From Trichoplax sp. H2 (Eukaryota): a stretch of 64,000 bases of DNA. The translations under genes and the position numbers were made by a program. Below the pieces are notes generated by a model that saw nothing but the letters and a program-made list of their open reading frames with translations, was not told the origin of the DNA and made no database searches. Within the stretch, counting starts at the first letter, position 1, and the number at the start of each line of letters is the position of its first letter. Positions 63,901 to 64,000 of the stretch are shown piece by piece. The DNA is taken from assembly GCA_003344405.1 (NCBI GenBank), contig NOWV01000018.1:124001-188000 (forward strand), in the 5' to 3' direction.

Positions 63901-64000
63901 TATAACTGTATTGCAGTTGGGGCAGACAGGCTAGATGGTTCTCAGAATTAAGAGCTAATATCAATCGAGTTTGGAAGTGGTCCTTTCTACATGTTCACTA
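60978..64000 (+). CDS. SHLD2: Shieldin complex subunit 2 (FAM35A/RINN2) homologue, 3' end outside window
   Basis: Exon 1 (60978-61590) has an N-terminal motif plus a Ser/Asp-rich linker. In-phase exons follow: KIANCTQKSQLVNLLVVALQVNPAHEIQTKSGKNAGQMILIGSMLVGDPTQSYFKITLWRQNTAWLERISLGDILLLADLEVDEWRGKYFAQSIHSSWVVNL, then VQFVTYKSLTQDVVVHFKAKLLSI..YQYETKRLPKMV..LQLWGRQARWFSELRANINRVWKWSFL. These align to the recalled first two OB folds of human SHLD2. Confidence 0.82.

Overview
Eukaryotic, AT-rich, gene-dense DNA with many short GT-AG introns and clusters of a TACAGTACTGTA-type motif. It resembles a compact early-branching animal genome, most like a placozoan such as Trichoplax (inference only). 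Hand-spliced exons give, in order: the 3' part of a focadhesin-like gene (+); dimethylglycine dehydrogenase (-); two convergent BHMT paralogues (+ and -), the second truncated like mammalian BHMT2; anoctamin-8-like (+); SKA1 (-); a 6 x 138-bp tandem array; a 4.7-kb intronless ORF; histidine ammonia-lyase (-); a C9orf85/DUF2039 homologue (-); and, head-to-head with it, the 5' part of a shieldin subunit 2 (SHLD2/FAM35A) homologue (+). The most striking object is the intronless ORF at 38854-43599. It fuses a CE-clan (Ulp1-like) cysteine protease, a bacterial-type PD-(D/E)xK nuclease-like domain, an NB-ARC/STAND ATPase and TPR repeats, i.e. an NLR-like receptor with two enzymatic effectors that looks horizontally acquired or retroposed. 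All homologies come from recalled sequence motifs, not database searches, and exon boundaries are hand-derived.
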